NCBI RefSeq assembly: GCF_006345805.1
Contig: NC_042999.1
Span: forward strand, 109,926,001-109,990,000
Length of the DNA: 64,000 nucleotides
Source: Octopus sinensis
Lineage: Eukaryota
Direction: 5' to 3'
Part shown: positions 38,079 through 50,317 of the stretch, piece after piece
Layout of the letters: each line of letters starts with the position of its first letter
How positions within the stretch are numbered: position 1 is the stretch's first letter
Notes under the pieces: model-generated
The model's database searches: none
Seen by the model: the letters and a program-made list of their open reading frames with translations, nothing else
Told to the model about the DNA's origin: nothing
Made by a program: the position numbers and the translations under genes

Positions 38079-38586
38079 TCATATTGTACAGGTATGTAAA
38101 GCAGTGATTGTTAGCTGTATAGGTAAAGTGGTTGTGGAGGAGCAAGATATTTAGTAAACTTAGGTTAAGTAATGTCATGTATAGTCACTCACATATAAAA
38201 AATAGGCAATGGTGATATAGAGCCTCATAATTTACAAGTGTTGATATGGAGTCATATTAACTACAGGTGTTGTGGTGTAGAGTCGCATAGTTTCTAGGTG
38301 ATATACAATATCTATTTTACAAGTGATATATGACATGCTGTATGATTGATTAGAGGTTAACATATAAGTCTAGAGATACTGACTATCATTTGTATTGTTA
38401 TTCACGGGCCAGTTTCTCATGTCAAGGTGGTGGGGAGAAATGAGATTGAAAATGAGCAGATAAATTGTGTTTAATACAATTAATATGATTTTTTAAAACT
38501 TATCCAACATCAGGATAAAGAAAGAAAAATAATATAGATGCAAACTTTATTTATATTCTCATTTATTTACACAGTTTATTAGCCAA

Positions 38587-38750
38587 AGGCACAAGTAGGG
38601 TTGGGTGGTTAAGTAGCTCACTTTGCAGCCGCAATAATTTTGGGTTTGGTCCCATCGCACAACACCTTGGGTTTGTGCTTGTACTGCAGCCCCATACTAT
38701 CTAATGCTATTTGAGGGTATTTGATCGATAGAAACTGCAAGATGGCCTTT
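38587..38750 (+). mobile_element. Old family A-like SINE 5' part
   Basis: ggttaagtagctc...gggtttggtcccatcg...caccttggg...gatagaaactgcaaga. Confidence 0.45.
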
Positions 38751-39390
38751 TGTATACATATGCATGTATGCTTGAATGCATGTGTGCACATGCGAATATG
38801 AATGAATGCATATGAGTGTTGCATTGTGTTCTTGAGCAAAACACTTCATCCCATGTTGCTCTAAAATCACTTTGACACCTGTCATTTGGTATACTGTGCA
38901 CCTGCACGAGTAATTTCGATTTGATTGATAGAGTGAGCAAATTTCAGCACATACATTTGCCCTCTATAAATAAATCATTCGTGTAAGTTGTTCAGCAACA
39001 AAATGTGAATGGTCTTTCTCAGACTATGTGAGACTAACATTGTCATCATCATCATCATCATCATCATCATATATTCAATACTGTGATTGCTTGAGCAATG
39101 CGATGCTGACCTTAACATTGTCTCTGAGCATAACGACCAGTGATTTCATGCTTTTGAAGACTTGTAAAGAAATCCCTTTAACTCTTTAGCATTCACATTT
39201 CTTTGTTAAATGTAATGCTTATTTATTCACATTGATAAAGATTTGTCATGCATTATATTTTAGCTTTGAGATTCCAATGATGTGATTGATTATTTTTAGT
39301 ATAATATTATAGGGTATGTATGAGAAGTCAGATCTGATCAGTTTGAAGATAAAACAGGTACATTATTTTGGCTGGACATGGCTAGTTTAA

Positions 39391-39832
39391 CCCTTTTGTT
39401 ACCATATTTCTGTTGAGATGATCTGTGTTTCTTTCAATTAATTTGAAATATGACACAGAATTCAGTAAAATAACTTAGTTATCATTAAGCTAGTATTAGG
39501 AACATAAATTGTGACTAAGGTTTGGTGGAAGATTTTAATTCAGAACTTTTGATTACAAGACATTTGTACGCCGTCCAAGAATTTGGACCTGGAGATTTCC
39601 ATTTCCAGCGACTTCGAGGGCCACCACCCAGTGGTGTTGGGCATCAACGAAGAGCCCTCAACTACAACAAGACGACCAAAGTTTTTTTTTTCCAAGGTCT
39701 GGGGTCTCCTGCCCCTAAGCCCTAGACCATCACCTAATCATCCTTACCTGTCTTTTTGCTTAACAACAACAACAACAAGACATTTGTACTACAGAGCCAA
39801 AGCCGGTTTCAGTCAGATTGGTATTGAAAGAG
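39391..39832. mobile_element. Inner piggyBac-like MITE, same family as 3886-4100
   Basis: TTAA + CCCTTTTGTTAC start; colinear with 3886-4100 apart from the 205-bp insert; degenerate right end gtattgaaagag/ctaa. Confidence 0.75.
39570..39774 (+). mobile_element. Young 205-bp non-LTR retroposed insert with (AAC)n tail
   Basis: Perfect 15-bp TSD acaagacatttgtac (39555-39569 and 39775-39789); CpG-rich. Confidence 0.8.
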
Positions 39833-40195
39833 CTAAATACTAAAGGGTTAAAGAAATCCCTTTGTAAGTATGTAAGGGTTGACGACAAGAAGAGGAAGCA
39901 GGCAGCCACAAAAGCCTGCATCAGAAAACTCTTTGTGCAAATGTATGTTAGCATGGAAAAAGAGACATTAAAGTAATGAACTAACAAAGCGACTAATAAT
40001 GTAATGTGGGGTTAGATGGTAGTATTTTATGATGTCCTAGACAATACTTGACTTTTATGAAGTCATCAGGTAATCCAGGTAATGTAATCTGGTTTGAAAA
40101 GACTACACAAATTTCAAACACCTGATTTATGTGATGCTATCTACTAGCACAGATAGAAAGATTATATTAGCATTTGTTCGTAAAGCAGTATTACT

Positions 40196-41395
40196 GTCAT
40201 CATCATCATCATCATCATCATTTAACGTCCGCTTTCCATGCTAGCATGGGTTGGACGGTTCAACTGGGGTCTGGGGAGCCCGAAAGCTGCACCAGTCCAG
40301 TCAGATCTGGCAGTGTTTCTACTCCGAGAGTGTAGTGGGTGATTTTATGTGCCACCGACACAGGTGCCAGACGAGGCTGGCAAACGGCCACGCTCGGATG
40401 GTGTTTTTTATGTGCCACCGACACAGGTGCCAGACGAGGCTGGCAGACGGCCACGCTCGGATGGTGTTTTTTTTATGTGCCACCGACACAGGTGCCAGAC
40501 GAGGCTGGCAGACGGCCACGCTCGGATGGTGTTTTTATGTGCCACCGACACAGGTGCCAGACGAGGCTGGCAGACGGCCACGCTCGGATGGATGGTGTTT
40601 TTATGTGCCACCGACACAGGTGCCAGATGAGGCTGGCAAACGGCCACGATCGGATGGTGCTTGTTACGTGCCCACAGCACGGAGCCAGTCGATGCGGTAC
40701 TGGCTACGGCCACGTTCGGATGGTTTTTATGTGCCACGTGCACCGGCACTGGTACCACAAGATACAAATTCCATTGATGTTCATCTATTTTGATTTGTTT
40801 GGATTTTCACTTGCCTCAACAGGTCTTCACAAGTGTCACAAGAAGGAAGGTATGCACAAGTGGACTGACTACGTCCCAGGTAGGGGCCATGGGTTATGGC
40901 CTGACTAGTCTTGCCGGGTCTTCGGATGGTGTTTTTATGTGCCACCGACACAGGTGCTAGATGAGGCTGGCGAACGGCCACGATCGGATGGTGTTTGTCA
41001 TGTGCCCACCGCACTGACTACAGCACTGATGGATTTCTTGTGTGCCACAGGCACTGGTACCACAAGATACAAATTCCATTGATGTTCATCTATTTTGTCT
41101 ATTTTGATTTGATTTGATTTTCACTTGCCTCAACCGGTCTTCACAAGTGTCACAAGAAGGAAGGTATGCACAGGTGGACTGACTAGACTTGCTGGGTCTT
41201 CGGAAGGTGTTTTTATGTGCCACCGACACAGGTGCCAGATGAGGCTGGCGAACGGCCATGATCGGATGGTGTTTGTTACGTGCCCACAGCACGGAGGCCG
41301 GTCGATGCGGAACTGGCTACGGCCACGTTCGGATGGTTCTCTTGTGTGCCACTGGCACTGGTACCACAAAGTGTGTGCCACCGGCACTGGTACCA
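40196..41395 (-). mobile_element. RTE-LINE 3' UTR copy with expanded 62-bp module array and a higher-order duplication of about 300 bp
   Basis: (CAT)n tail + tttaacgtccgctttccatgc; 5 consecutive near-identical units at about 40340-40660; caagatacaaattccattgatg occurs twice (about 40758 and 41062) and is homologous to 48580-48650. Confidence 0.85.
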
Positions 41396-42405
41396 TATTG
41401 TGATAATTATTTATGTGATACCAGTTTCAATGGTGACTTCACATATTTTTACCTGTGCTGCTTAAGTGACATTTTTTTCAAGTAGTGCTACCAGCTTCAG
41501 TTGTAAGAAGTCCCTGACCCAGTAAAGCATTTTAACAATGTCTACAATACAAAAGAATATCGTAAGCTATAACAATGATAAAATGCTTGTAATCTATCTT
41601 CTTCACTCGTATTATTTATTTGTGTCTAATAAAGAAGAGTTGTATCTGTTAACTTTGTGCTGATTTTTCCATAGTAAAACAAACAGCTAGCATCAGATAA
41701 CATTTTCTTTAAAAATTTTCAGCTTTTTTATCACAACCTACAGCAATTACAAAATGGGATTGAAATAGCTGTTCTTACTTTTGTACAAGATTTTGTTTTT
41801 AAGTGACACCACCAACATATGTGTATATGTATATATACATACATACATACATACATAAATACATAGATACATACATGCATACAGACAGATAGATAAATAA
41901 ATAAATGATTAAATAAATATATGTATATATGTATATATATGTGTGTGTGTGTGTATATACATATATATGTACATACACCCACAGATATGTGCAGATGTAT
42001 ATGTATGTTTGTATGAAAAAGCAATGGATAGGTGAATGAAAAGAATGAAGAGAAAAGGAAATTCCATGAACAAAACATAGACTAATTCTAAAACAAAAAT
42101 CAGTAATGTTCTAGCTTGATACAAATATTTATCTTATCCAGGATAATCTCTGATTTAAGGCCTTCAAATTCAAACTTAACCTATTTAGGAAAATGAGGAG
42201 TAAGGGTGGAGCAAAAAACTTTATAAGTAAATCCCCAAGAATAGAGGAAGCTCTTGGAAGACAATTAGTTCATAGGAAAACCTATACACAGTATTTTGAA
42301 TATACATACAAATACATACATTACAAACATAAGCACACACACACACACACATATGTATGTATGTATGTATGTATGTATACACACATACACATGTATATAT
42401 AGCCT

Positions 42406-42528
42406 AAGGCACGGATGTGTGATAAGAAGCTTGCTTTCCAATCACATGGTTCTGAGATCATTCTCACAGTGTGGCACCTTGGGCAAGTATCTTCTAGTAT
42501 AGTCCCAGGTCACCCAAAGGCTTGTAAT
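42406..42528 (+). mobile_element. SINE family A 5' fragment
   Basis: gataagaagcttgctttccaatcacatggttc...caccttgggcaag. Confidence 0.65.
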
Positions 42529-42661
42529 ATATAAAGATATTATTAGCAATAAAGAATAATAATGTAAGTGGCTAGTAAGCATAAAATAACCAAAAAGGTA
42601 AAATTATTAATTTATAAACGGGGTACAAGATAGTACACAGCATTGCTAGAAATAAAAGTCC

Positions 42662-42829
42662 AGTGTGGTAAGTAGCTTCCTAACCAACCACATGGTTCCG
42701 GGTTCAGTCCCACTGCGTGGCATCTTGGGCAAGTGTCTTCTGCTATAGCCCCAGGCCGACCAATGCCTTGTGAGTGGATTTGGTAGATGGAAACTGAAAG
42801 AAGCCTGTCATATATATGTATATATATAT

Positions 42830-42872
<43 letters not shown>

Positions 42873-43092
42873 GTGTGTGTGTGTTTGTATGTCTGTGTTT
42901 GTCCCCCTAGCATTGCTTGACAACCGATGCTGGTGTGTTTACGTCCCCGTCACTTAGCGGTTCGGTAAAAGAGACAGATAGAATAAGTACTGGGCTTACA
43001 AAGAATAAGTCCTGGGGTCGATTTGCTCAACTAAAGGCGGTGCTCCAGCATGGCCGCAGTCAAATGACTGAAACAAGTAAAAGAGTAAAGAG
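42662..43092 (+). mobile_element. SINE family A, young copy
   Basis: Colinear with 9488-9895 and retains more CpGs. Confidence 0.9.
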
Positions 43093-43658
43093 TAACCACA
43101 GTAAATCACTATCTTGTAACCTGATTATATGTATATATATGTGTGTGTGTGTGTGTGTGTATGTGTGTATGTATAAACACACTTCAACTTGACAGGATAG
43201 AAAGGAAAAGGAACTAAATAGAGAAGGTTTAAGGTGTGATATTTGTTGATGGTAGGCCTAGAGACAAAACTTGAAATCAAATTAGTTGGTAAAAAAAAAC
43301 CCCAAAAAAAACCTGGCCTGTCAAATCACATACTCAAATGATATTAGGTCACAACAGCTTTCAGAGGTGGTATTGCACACTGAGAGCAGATTCTTACACA
43401 CTCTCAATAGATGAATGAGTGGAGCAAAAAAAACAAAACAAAACAAAACAAAAAAAAAAACAAGCAAGAAGATAAAATGAGATTGAAGTCAACTATCATA
43501 TATACAGAGCACAAGCACACACATACCCACAAACCACATAATGAACAACCTACAAACACAGACATATGTAACTGGTCCTTTCTGACTTTCAACTCTCTGA
43601 CACATTCCCAGGTATTCTCTGTACCATGCCACCTATGTCTTGTAGGATGGTATTAGAC

Positions 43659-43818
43659 TAATTCCGCCGAGGTCGACTTTGCCTTTCATCCTTTCGGGGT
43701 CGATTAAATGAGTACCAGTTACACACTGGGGTCGATGTAATCGACTTAATCCGTTTGTCTGTCCTTGTTTGTCCCCTCTGTGTTTAGCCCCTTGTGGGTA
43801 GTAAAGAAATAGGTATTA
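43659..43818 (+). mobile_element. SINE family B variant, 5'-truncated young copy
   Basis: aattccgccgaggtcgactttgcctttcatcctttcggggtcg with CpGs intact. Confidence 0.85.
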
Positions 43819-44184
43819 GACTCATTCATTTTCAAACGCCTTACAACCATCCTTATTACTTTCCTACTCTGGACCATTATGAAGGGTATGTATAAGGGGT
43901 TGGATTACATCTATTTGTATCCTATATATACTTCTACACCACTTTCTGTGCTGTCGGTTATCATCCCTCTCTCTTATATCACTTGTTATTGACATCTATC
44001 ACAAGCTTTTACCATTGTACTTTTCACTTTCTATCTATCATCACTCTCTCATTCCAGTCACCCCATTTCAAAATTATACTCTTGCTCCCTTCATCTATCC
44101 GCCTTCTCTGTTATATTGTCTCGAGTCAATGAACATATTGGAGTAGAGATGACTCTGTAATCTCAAGGGATACAAAGCAGCCTC

Positions 44185-44400
44185 TCTAGTTTTGGTGCCA
44201 TGATAAAATGCACAAATACACTTTGTAAAGTGATTGGTGACATGTAGTGCATGTGGCTCAAGAAACTATGTCAAAAATGAAATGCATGAGCCTGACAAAG
44301 TTTTCCAACCTGTCTAGAAGGTTAACTACTTCAAATAAAAATTGCCTGTGGCAACCTATACAACTCATGCCAACATAGAAAGCAGATGGATGATAAATGT
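44185..44400 (+). mobile_element. Very old RTE-type 3' end
   Basis: ggtgccatgataaaatgcac...gtgattggtg...caactcatgccaacatagaaagcagatg. Confidence 0.35.
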
Positions 44401-45206
44401 ATATGAGAATAAGTTACTCTGGCAAATTACTTAAATTACTTCATGTAATTCTTTCTTTCACATTAATTTATTTAATAGTTGAAGATTTAAGTACATCTCT
44501 TTGTGCAATTCATAAAATAAATATGATGGCTTAAAATTCCAGATACAGAGTACTTAACATAGTGGATACAAAAATGGACTTAGGTTTTCATGGTATTATA
44601 ATCTACGTCACAAAATATTCCAGCTTAGAAGTTAAAAGTATATCTATATCACCTACTTCTAAACTTTTTCTGCTGCTGACAAAAACTAAACCAATACCGA
44701 TAGATGAAAATGTAATACTAATAGCTTTGGTTTAAATACTTCAGTTTCTAAACTTAAAGCCTGACATCTTTACTTTCCCAGACTAGTTCCCAGACTAAGG
44801 CCTGAAGTTAACTTTGTCAGACTGAATAAAATATCTTTAATATTTCTTCATTAATGCCATATACTCTGCTCCCAGACCAATAAAAAAAAAAGACCTAATT
44901 AGAGGGAATACAACCTTATTTTCTTTCAACATATTTTCAATGCATATTTTTGTCAACGAGTATTATTAAAAAAAACTCCTTTAAAAATTTAGAAATAAGG
45001 AATGGAATTAGGAAAACAACTGATAAATATAGTTAAAATAAAATAAAATAGAAACAATTTTAAAATAAATTTAGAAAAAGATAACAGGTTACATATATAA
45101 CTAAAATAATAAATAAATATTTTTCATAAATATAAACTAAACAAAATTTCAAACTTAGAAGTTTAGAATAGAAATTTTGAGTGCCAAGTAATTAGTCTTA
45201 AACCAG

Positions 45207-45237
<31 letters not shown>

Positions 45238-46783
45238 GAGAGGGGAGAGAGAGAATAGAGTGTGTGTATGAGAGAGTATAAGTATACACAGGAAAACTGA
45301 AATAATTTCAAACAAATCTAATTAATTGCATGAAATTGCTCTATAGTAAAATGGTCTTATAATGTCATCATCGGGGAACTTATATAAGGGTTTATCATGG
45401 TGCACAGGTTAATAGGATTGATTTTTAACATAAAATCTGATTATGGAACAGGCCCCTGCCTTAGAGGAGGAAAAGGGGACAAAAATATCAAGCAATGCAA
45501 TAAGAACAGACAGTCACACACAAACTTGTGTTCACCTCTCACCAACCATCCTCTTCACTGTTGGTGTGCTTAGTGCTTAACCTCCAAGATGACTTATCCA
45601 GTGAAGCACATCAGACAAACAAGCTTAAAAATGATACTTTTGGGTTTTTTTTTTATATATCTTCAAATTTTTATTTTAATGAATAAAAAGAATTCTAGCA
45701 TGTGAATGTGAATGTGAATGTGTGTGTGGCAGTTGATAACTGAAAATGAATACTTTGACCTCTAACAGCAACTTGCAGCAGACAGTTCTACATAAGATGT
45801 TACACTGGTAAAATCAACTGTATGCACTTTTTAATGTCGAAAGACCTAAAAAACGGTACCACAGTTGAAGGAATTGAACTACGTTTCAGTTGACAAATTT
45901 ATGGCTTGTCTTAGTTTTAGAATTTTCATACTATTTCTCATGTACATTGTTATCTTTCTGTATTCCCCTTCTGTTCTACATACAGATACCTACATACTTC
46001 GCCAATTTCTCATACACACATGCATCAGTATATAAAACACTTACACACAAACACACATAACTACTTTTTCACATAAATACAGATATACACTCTTATTACA
46101 CAAGTTCTCTCTCTCTCTCTCTTTTTTCAGTTTTTTCCCTCATCTCTCTCTCTCTCTCTCTCTCTTTCCATCCATTTGACATATAAGTGAATATGTGATT
46201 CTGTTAAGAATGTTGATGTGAGATTCAAAATTCAAAATTTCAAAACAAAATAAGACAAAATAACAAAATGCAAACATGTGTCAGTATGTTCACAAGGATC
46301 TTTAGTTTTCACCCAATAACCTCTTTGAAATATTGTTTATTACGTATCTGTCATTGGAGAGAATTGTGAGACTGTACACTGATGTTTTTCCTAAAACTAT
46401 TAGAAATGGAAGACTAAGTATTTCTAAATGGGAATCAAAAACAAATGGCAGACTTGGTACTCTTTTAGTACTTTTTATCAGATCTTCAGAGAGAAACAAA
46501 GCAAAAAAAAAAGAAAGAAAAAAGAAGAAAAAAAACAAGGAAAATATCATCCCGGAAAGAACATTTTTGTGTCGATTTAGCCTTCATATTAAGTAAATGA
46601 ACAGCTTATAAAATATTTGAATATTTAGAGTCTGGCTGTAAGCATTAACTTTGTGCTTGACTGAGGATAGAGGGCTTCAAATGACCCATCCTTGTTTTCT
46701 TTGTATCGTCTATCTGGATGTTTTGTTGTCCCTTTTTTGTATCACCTAGCTGTCCAGATATTTTGTGTTCTTGTCCCATTTTG

Positions 46784-46883
<100 letters not shown>

Positions 46884-46890
46884 ATGTATA

Positions 46891-48903
46891 TGGGTATGAT
46901 GCCATCATGAACTACCTGGTTTACAATATGGGAGACTAGGCCATAGCACACACCACCAGATGTTTTAAGCATCTCAGATATAATTCCTGATGGGCAGTGG
47001 GCTTTTCCTGGCATAGCAGCACCATAGTCAACTGCTACAAAGGTTAAGGTGATGCTTTAGATAGAAATAACTACAGGGGTATCAAACTGCTGGATCAAGT
47101 GACAAAGGTCATGGAGAGGGTCATAGCCCAACTAATTAGGGAGAGAGTCTGCTTAGATGAGATACAGTTCAGTTTTGTGCCAGATAGAAGCACCACTGAT
47201 GCCATATTCTTTGTACGGCAACTGCAGGAGAAATACCTAGCCAAAGATAAAGCCCTAAATTTGGATTTTGTGGACTTGGAGAAAGCCTATGATAGGGTCC
47301 CTCGATCCCTTATCTGGTGGGTGATGTGGAAAACTGTTGATGAATTGTTAATAAGGGCTGTACAGGCCCTATATGGAGATGCCGTTAGTAGGGTTAGGAT
47401 TGGAAATGAGTATACTGAAGAATTCCGGGTAGAAGTAGGGGGTTCACCAAGGATCAGCCTTTAGCCCCTCTTATTCATCATAGTCCTCCAGACAATAACA
47501 GAGGAATTCAAGACAGGTTGCCCCTGGGAGCTCCTCTATGCTGATGACCTGGCCCTTATAGCAGAATCACTACCAGAACTAGAAAAGAAACTTAAAGTGT
47601 GGAAGCAGGGTTTAGAATCGAAGGGTCCTAGAGTCAATGTTGCAAAGACTAAAATTCTAGTAAGTAGGAAGGCAAACACATCACACACCCCTTCAGGTAG
47701 GTGGCCTTGCTTGATCTGTAGAAAAGGTGTAGGTAGAAACTCCATAAGATGTACCCAGTGTAAGCTATGGGCACATAAGAGGTGCAGCAACATCAGAGGA
47801 AGATTAACTGGGAAGGTAGCTTTCATGTGCAGCAGATGCACAGGGGCGATAAACACCACAGATGCTCAGAAAACATATACCATCACATGCCATGGGGAGA
47901 AACCAGAAGTAGTTGATAGCTTCTGTTACTTAGGTGACCAAGTCTGTAGAGGGAGTGGATGCTCAGAGAGTGTTACCACTAGAATAAGAATAGCCTTGGC
48001 AAAGTTCAGAAAGCTTCTACCCCTAGTGGTGACAAAGGGCCTCTCATTCAGAGTGAAAGGTAGATTGTATGATGCATGTGTGTGAACTGCCATGCTTCAT
48101 GGCAGTGAAACATGGGCTGTGACTGCTGAAGACATGCATAGGCTTGAAAGAAATGAAGCTAGCATGATCTGCTGGATGTGTAATGTCAGAGTGCACACAC
48201 TACAGAGTGTAAGCGCCCTGAGAGAAATGATAGACATAAGAAGCATCGGATGTGGCGTGCAAGGGAGACACTTACATTGGTATGGTCATGTACTGTGGAT
48301 GGATGAGGAGAGCTGTGTGAAGAAGTGCCATTCTCAAACAGTGGAAGGAATCTGGGTTAGAGGGAGACCCAGGAAGACATGGGATAAGGTGGTGAGGCAT
48401 GACCTGTGAACGTTGGGCCTCACAGAGGCAATGACAAAAGACCAAAACCACTGGAGGTATGCTGTGACTGAGAAGACCTGACAAATAAAGTGAGTCCACA
48501 GCTGTAACCTACACCAGTGTCGCAGAACCAGCCCACTCAAAAAGTACCTTGGATCATAGGGCGACATGCCATGCTTGAGGAGACTTATTGAGCCAAGTAC
48601 ATCAATATCAAAATCAAATCAAATGGAAATTGTAGTTGTGAGCCCCGTGGCAGTAGCAGGTAGAACCATCTGAACGTGGTTGATGCCAGTCCCACTTTGA
48701 CTGGCTCCTATGCTGGTGGCACGTAAAAAGCACCCACTACACTTTCGGAGTGGTTGGCGTTAGGAAGGACATCCAGCTGTAGAAACACTACTAAATCAGA
48801 TTGGGGCCTGGTGCAGCCTCCTGGTTTCCTAGACCCCAGTCGAACCGTCCAACTCATGCCAGCATGGAAAACGGACGTTAAACGATGATTATCATAATGA
48901 TGA
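46891..48903 (+). mobile_element. 5'-truncated RTE-clade LINE with a 5' inversion; inactive
   Basis: RT motifs NYRGIKLL, QFSF, FVDLEKAYDRV and LLYADDL (YADD at 47537-47548), C-terminal RGRPRKTW, then a 3' UTR and (GAT)n-like tail. Bases 46891-47014 read as upstream RT sequence on the minus strand. Confidence 0.9.
47015..48409 (+). pseudogene. Disrupted RTE reverse transcriptase ORF with a PHD-like C4HC3 insertion
   Basis: ORF fragments 47099-47464, 47597-48085 and 48092-48409 are separated by frameshifts and stops. Confidence 0.9.
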
Positions 48904-49366
48904 TATATATGTATAAACACACACACACATATATATATATATACACACGCACACACACATATTTGGTTTCAGACTGCATTTTATCAAGGAAACTTTATTT
49001 CTAAATTAGCAGATAAGGATATTGGTACAATTACTTTAGAATAAAGGTTGGAAATTTGAATCCAATATGGCATTATGTACAAATCCACAGAGAAGACATG
49101 ATGACAGCTATAAAATCAAACTGACTGAAACATAGTACAAATATAATCTCTAAAAATAAGGTTAATAGCCTGTAAAATTATTATCATAATAACAAAGGCA
49201 CTTCTCAGATATTTAATCAAGATTATATATAAAGTAGTAAATATGTTATTATCTAACTCAGATATTTAATATAAAAGAGTGATCCATCATGATTTTATGC
49301 ACCAATATTCTTTCCTGAATATTATCTATCATCTGTATAGTCTCTCTTTCTCATTCATTCTCTTTT

Positions 49367-49397
<31 letters not shown>

Positions 49398-50286
49398 CTT
49401 TCCTCCCCTGCTATAGAACATAAATATGTTTATTTGTATGTACAGCTAAAGATGAATTAAGCATATGTATAAGAGCAGTTATTTGTAGACTGACAAATAC
49501 CTGCCTCACCTGTAAAATATTAACAAATTTTTTGTCATTACTCCACCCTCTTTATTTATGAGGTAACAAAAGAGACTTTGCATCCATTTAACTCCTTTTT
49601 TTTCCTTCACATTGAGTTGGACTAGTTTAAAAAAAGTTTAAAACCATCTTAATTTTATTAAACACAGCAGTTTGTCTGTTCTCTTTTCAATCCTCACAAC
49701 CTCCTCACCACACAAAAAACTCTTCAAAAGACTGTAGTTTTTAAATTAATTGATAAATTTCTGGCAAGAGCAACTGATGTTAGCTATCTGATCTTGCATG
49801 CACTCTATAGTTAAGTAGAAACCTTCACTGTATGTAAAACTACTACAGTACTTTTGTATAAAAGCTAATCTAAAATAATCATTCTGCTGTTTCAATTTCA
49901 AGAAAAGTTTACCTGAGTGATATACCAACTCAGAAACAGATGGATAATTTATGAGTTTAATACAATTAAGGAAAAAGTTGCTATGCCAGAAGTAATGATA
50001 TGATCTTTGATCACTGTCATGTGCATAGTGTATGTGCACATTTATGTAAGTACATATTCTCTTATTAGTTTGGTTTTAATTTTAGCCATACACTAAAATC
50101 AGAGTTTGAAAAAAACTATATAGATTTAACATAAAGTTTTGACCTGTGTAAAATATAGTTAAAATCAAACATTTTTCCTTTGTACAAAATTTAAATAAAA
50201 TTGAATTTGTTTTAAAATGCAGTGTAGATATTAAAGAGATGTGCACACTTAATGCAATATATAATAATTGCATCATGTATAAAGTA

Positions 50287-50317
<31 letters not shown>

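Larger units (their letters stand above)
39182..39847. mobile_element. Outer piggyBac-like MITE (host of two nested insertions)
   Basis: TTAA at 39178-39181 and 39848-39851; TIRs ctctttagcatt / atactaaaggg. Confidence 0.65.

Noticed and set aside
38205-38335. Decayed ~30-bp minisatellite
   Set aside because: Too degenerate to define units or infer a function.
40340-40660. CRISPR-like regular ~62-bp periodicity with palindromic parts
   Set aside because: Whole units are near-identical with no unique spacers, there are no cas-like ORFs, and the array lies inside an RTE 3' UTR of a eukaryote.
40251-41485. Many overlapping 60-190 aa ORFs (also 13700-13975, 48708-48956, 51553-51963)
   Set aside because: They are translations of the GC-rich tandem module in all frames on both strands.
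47015-48409. Active LINE or a host gene with an RT domain
   Set aside because: 5'-truncated with no endonuclease domain, and carries several stops and frameshifts.
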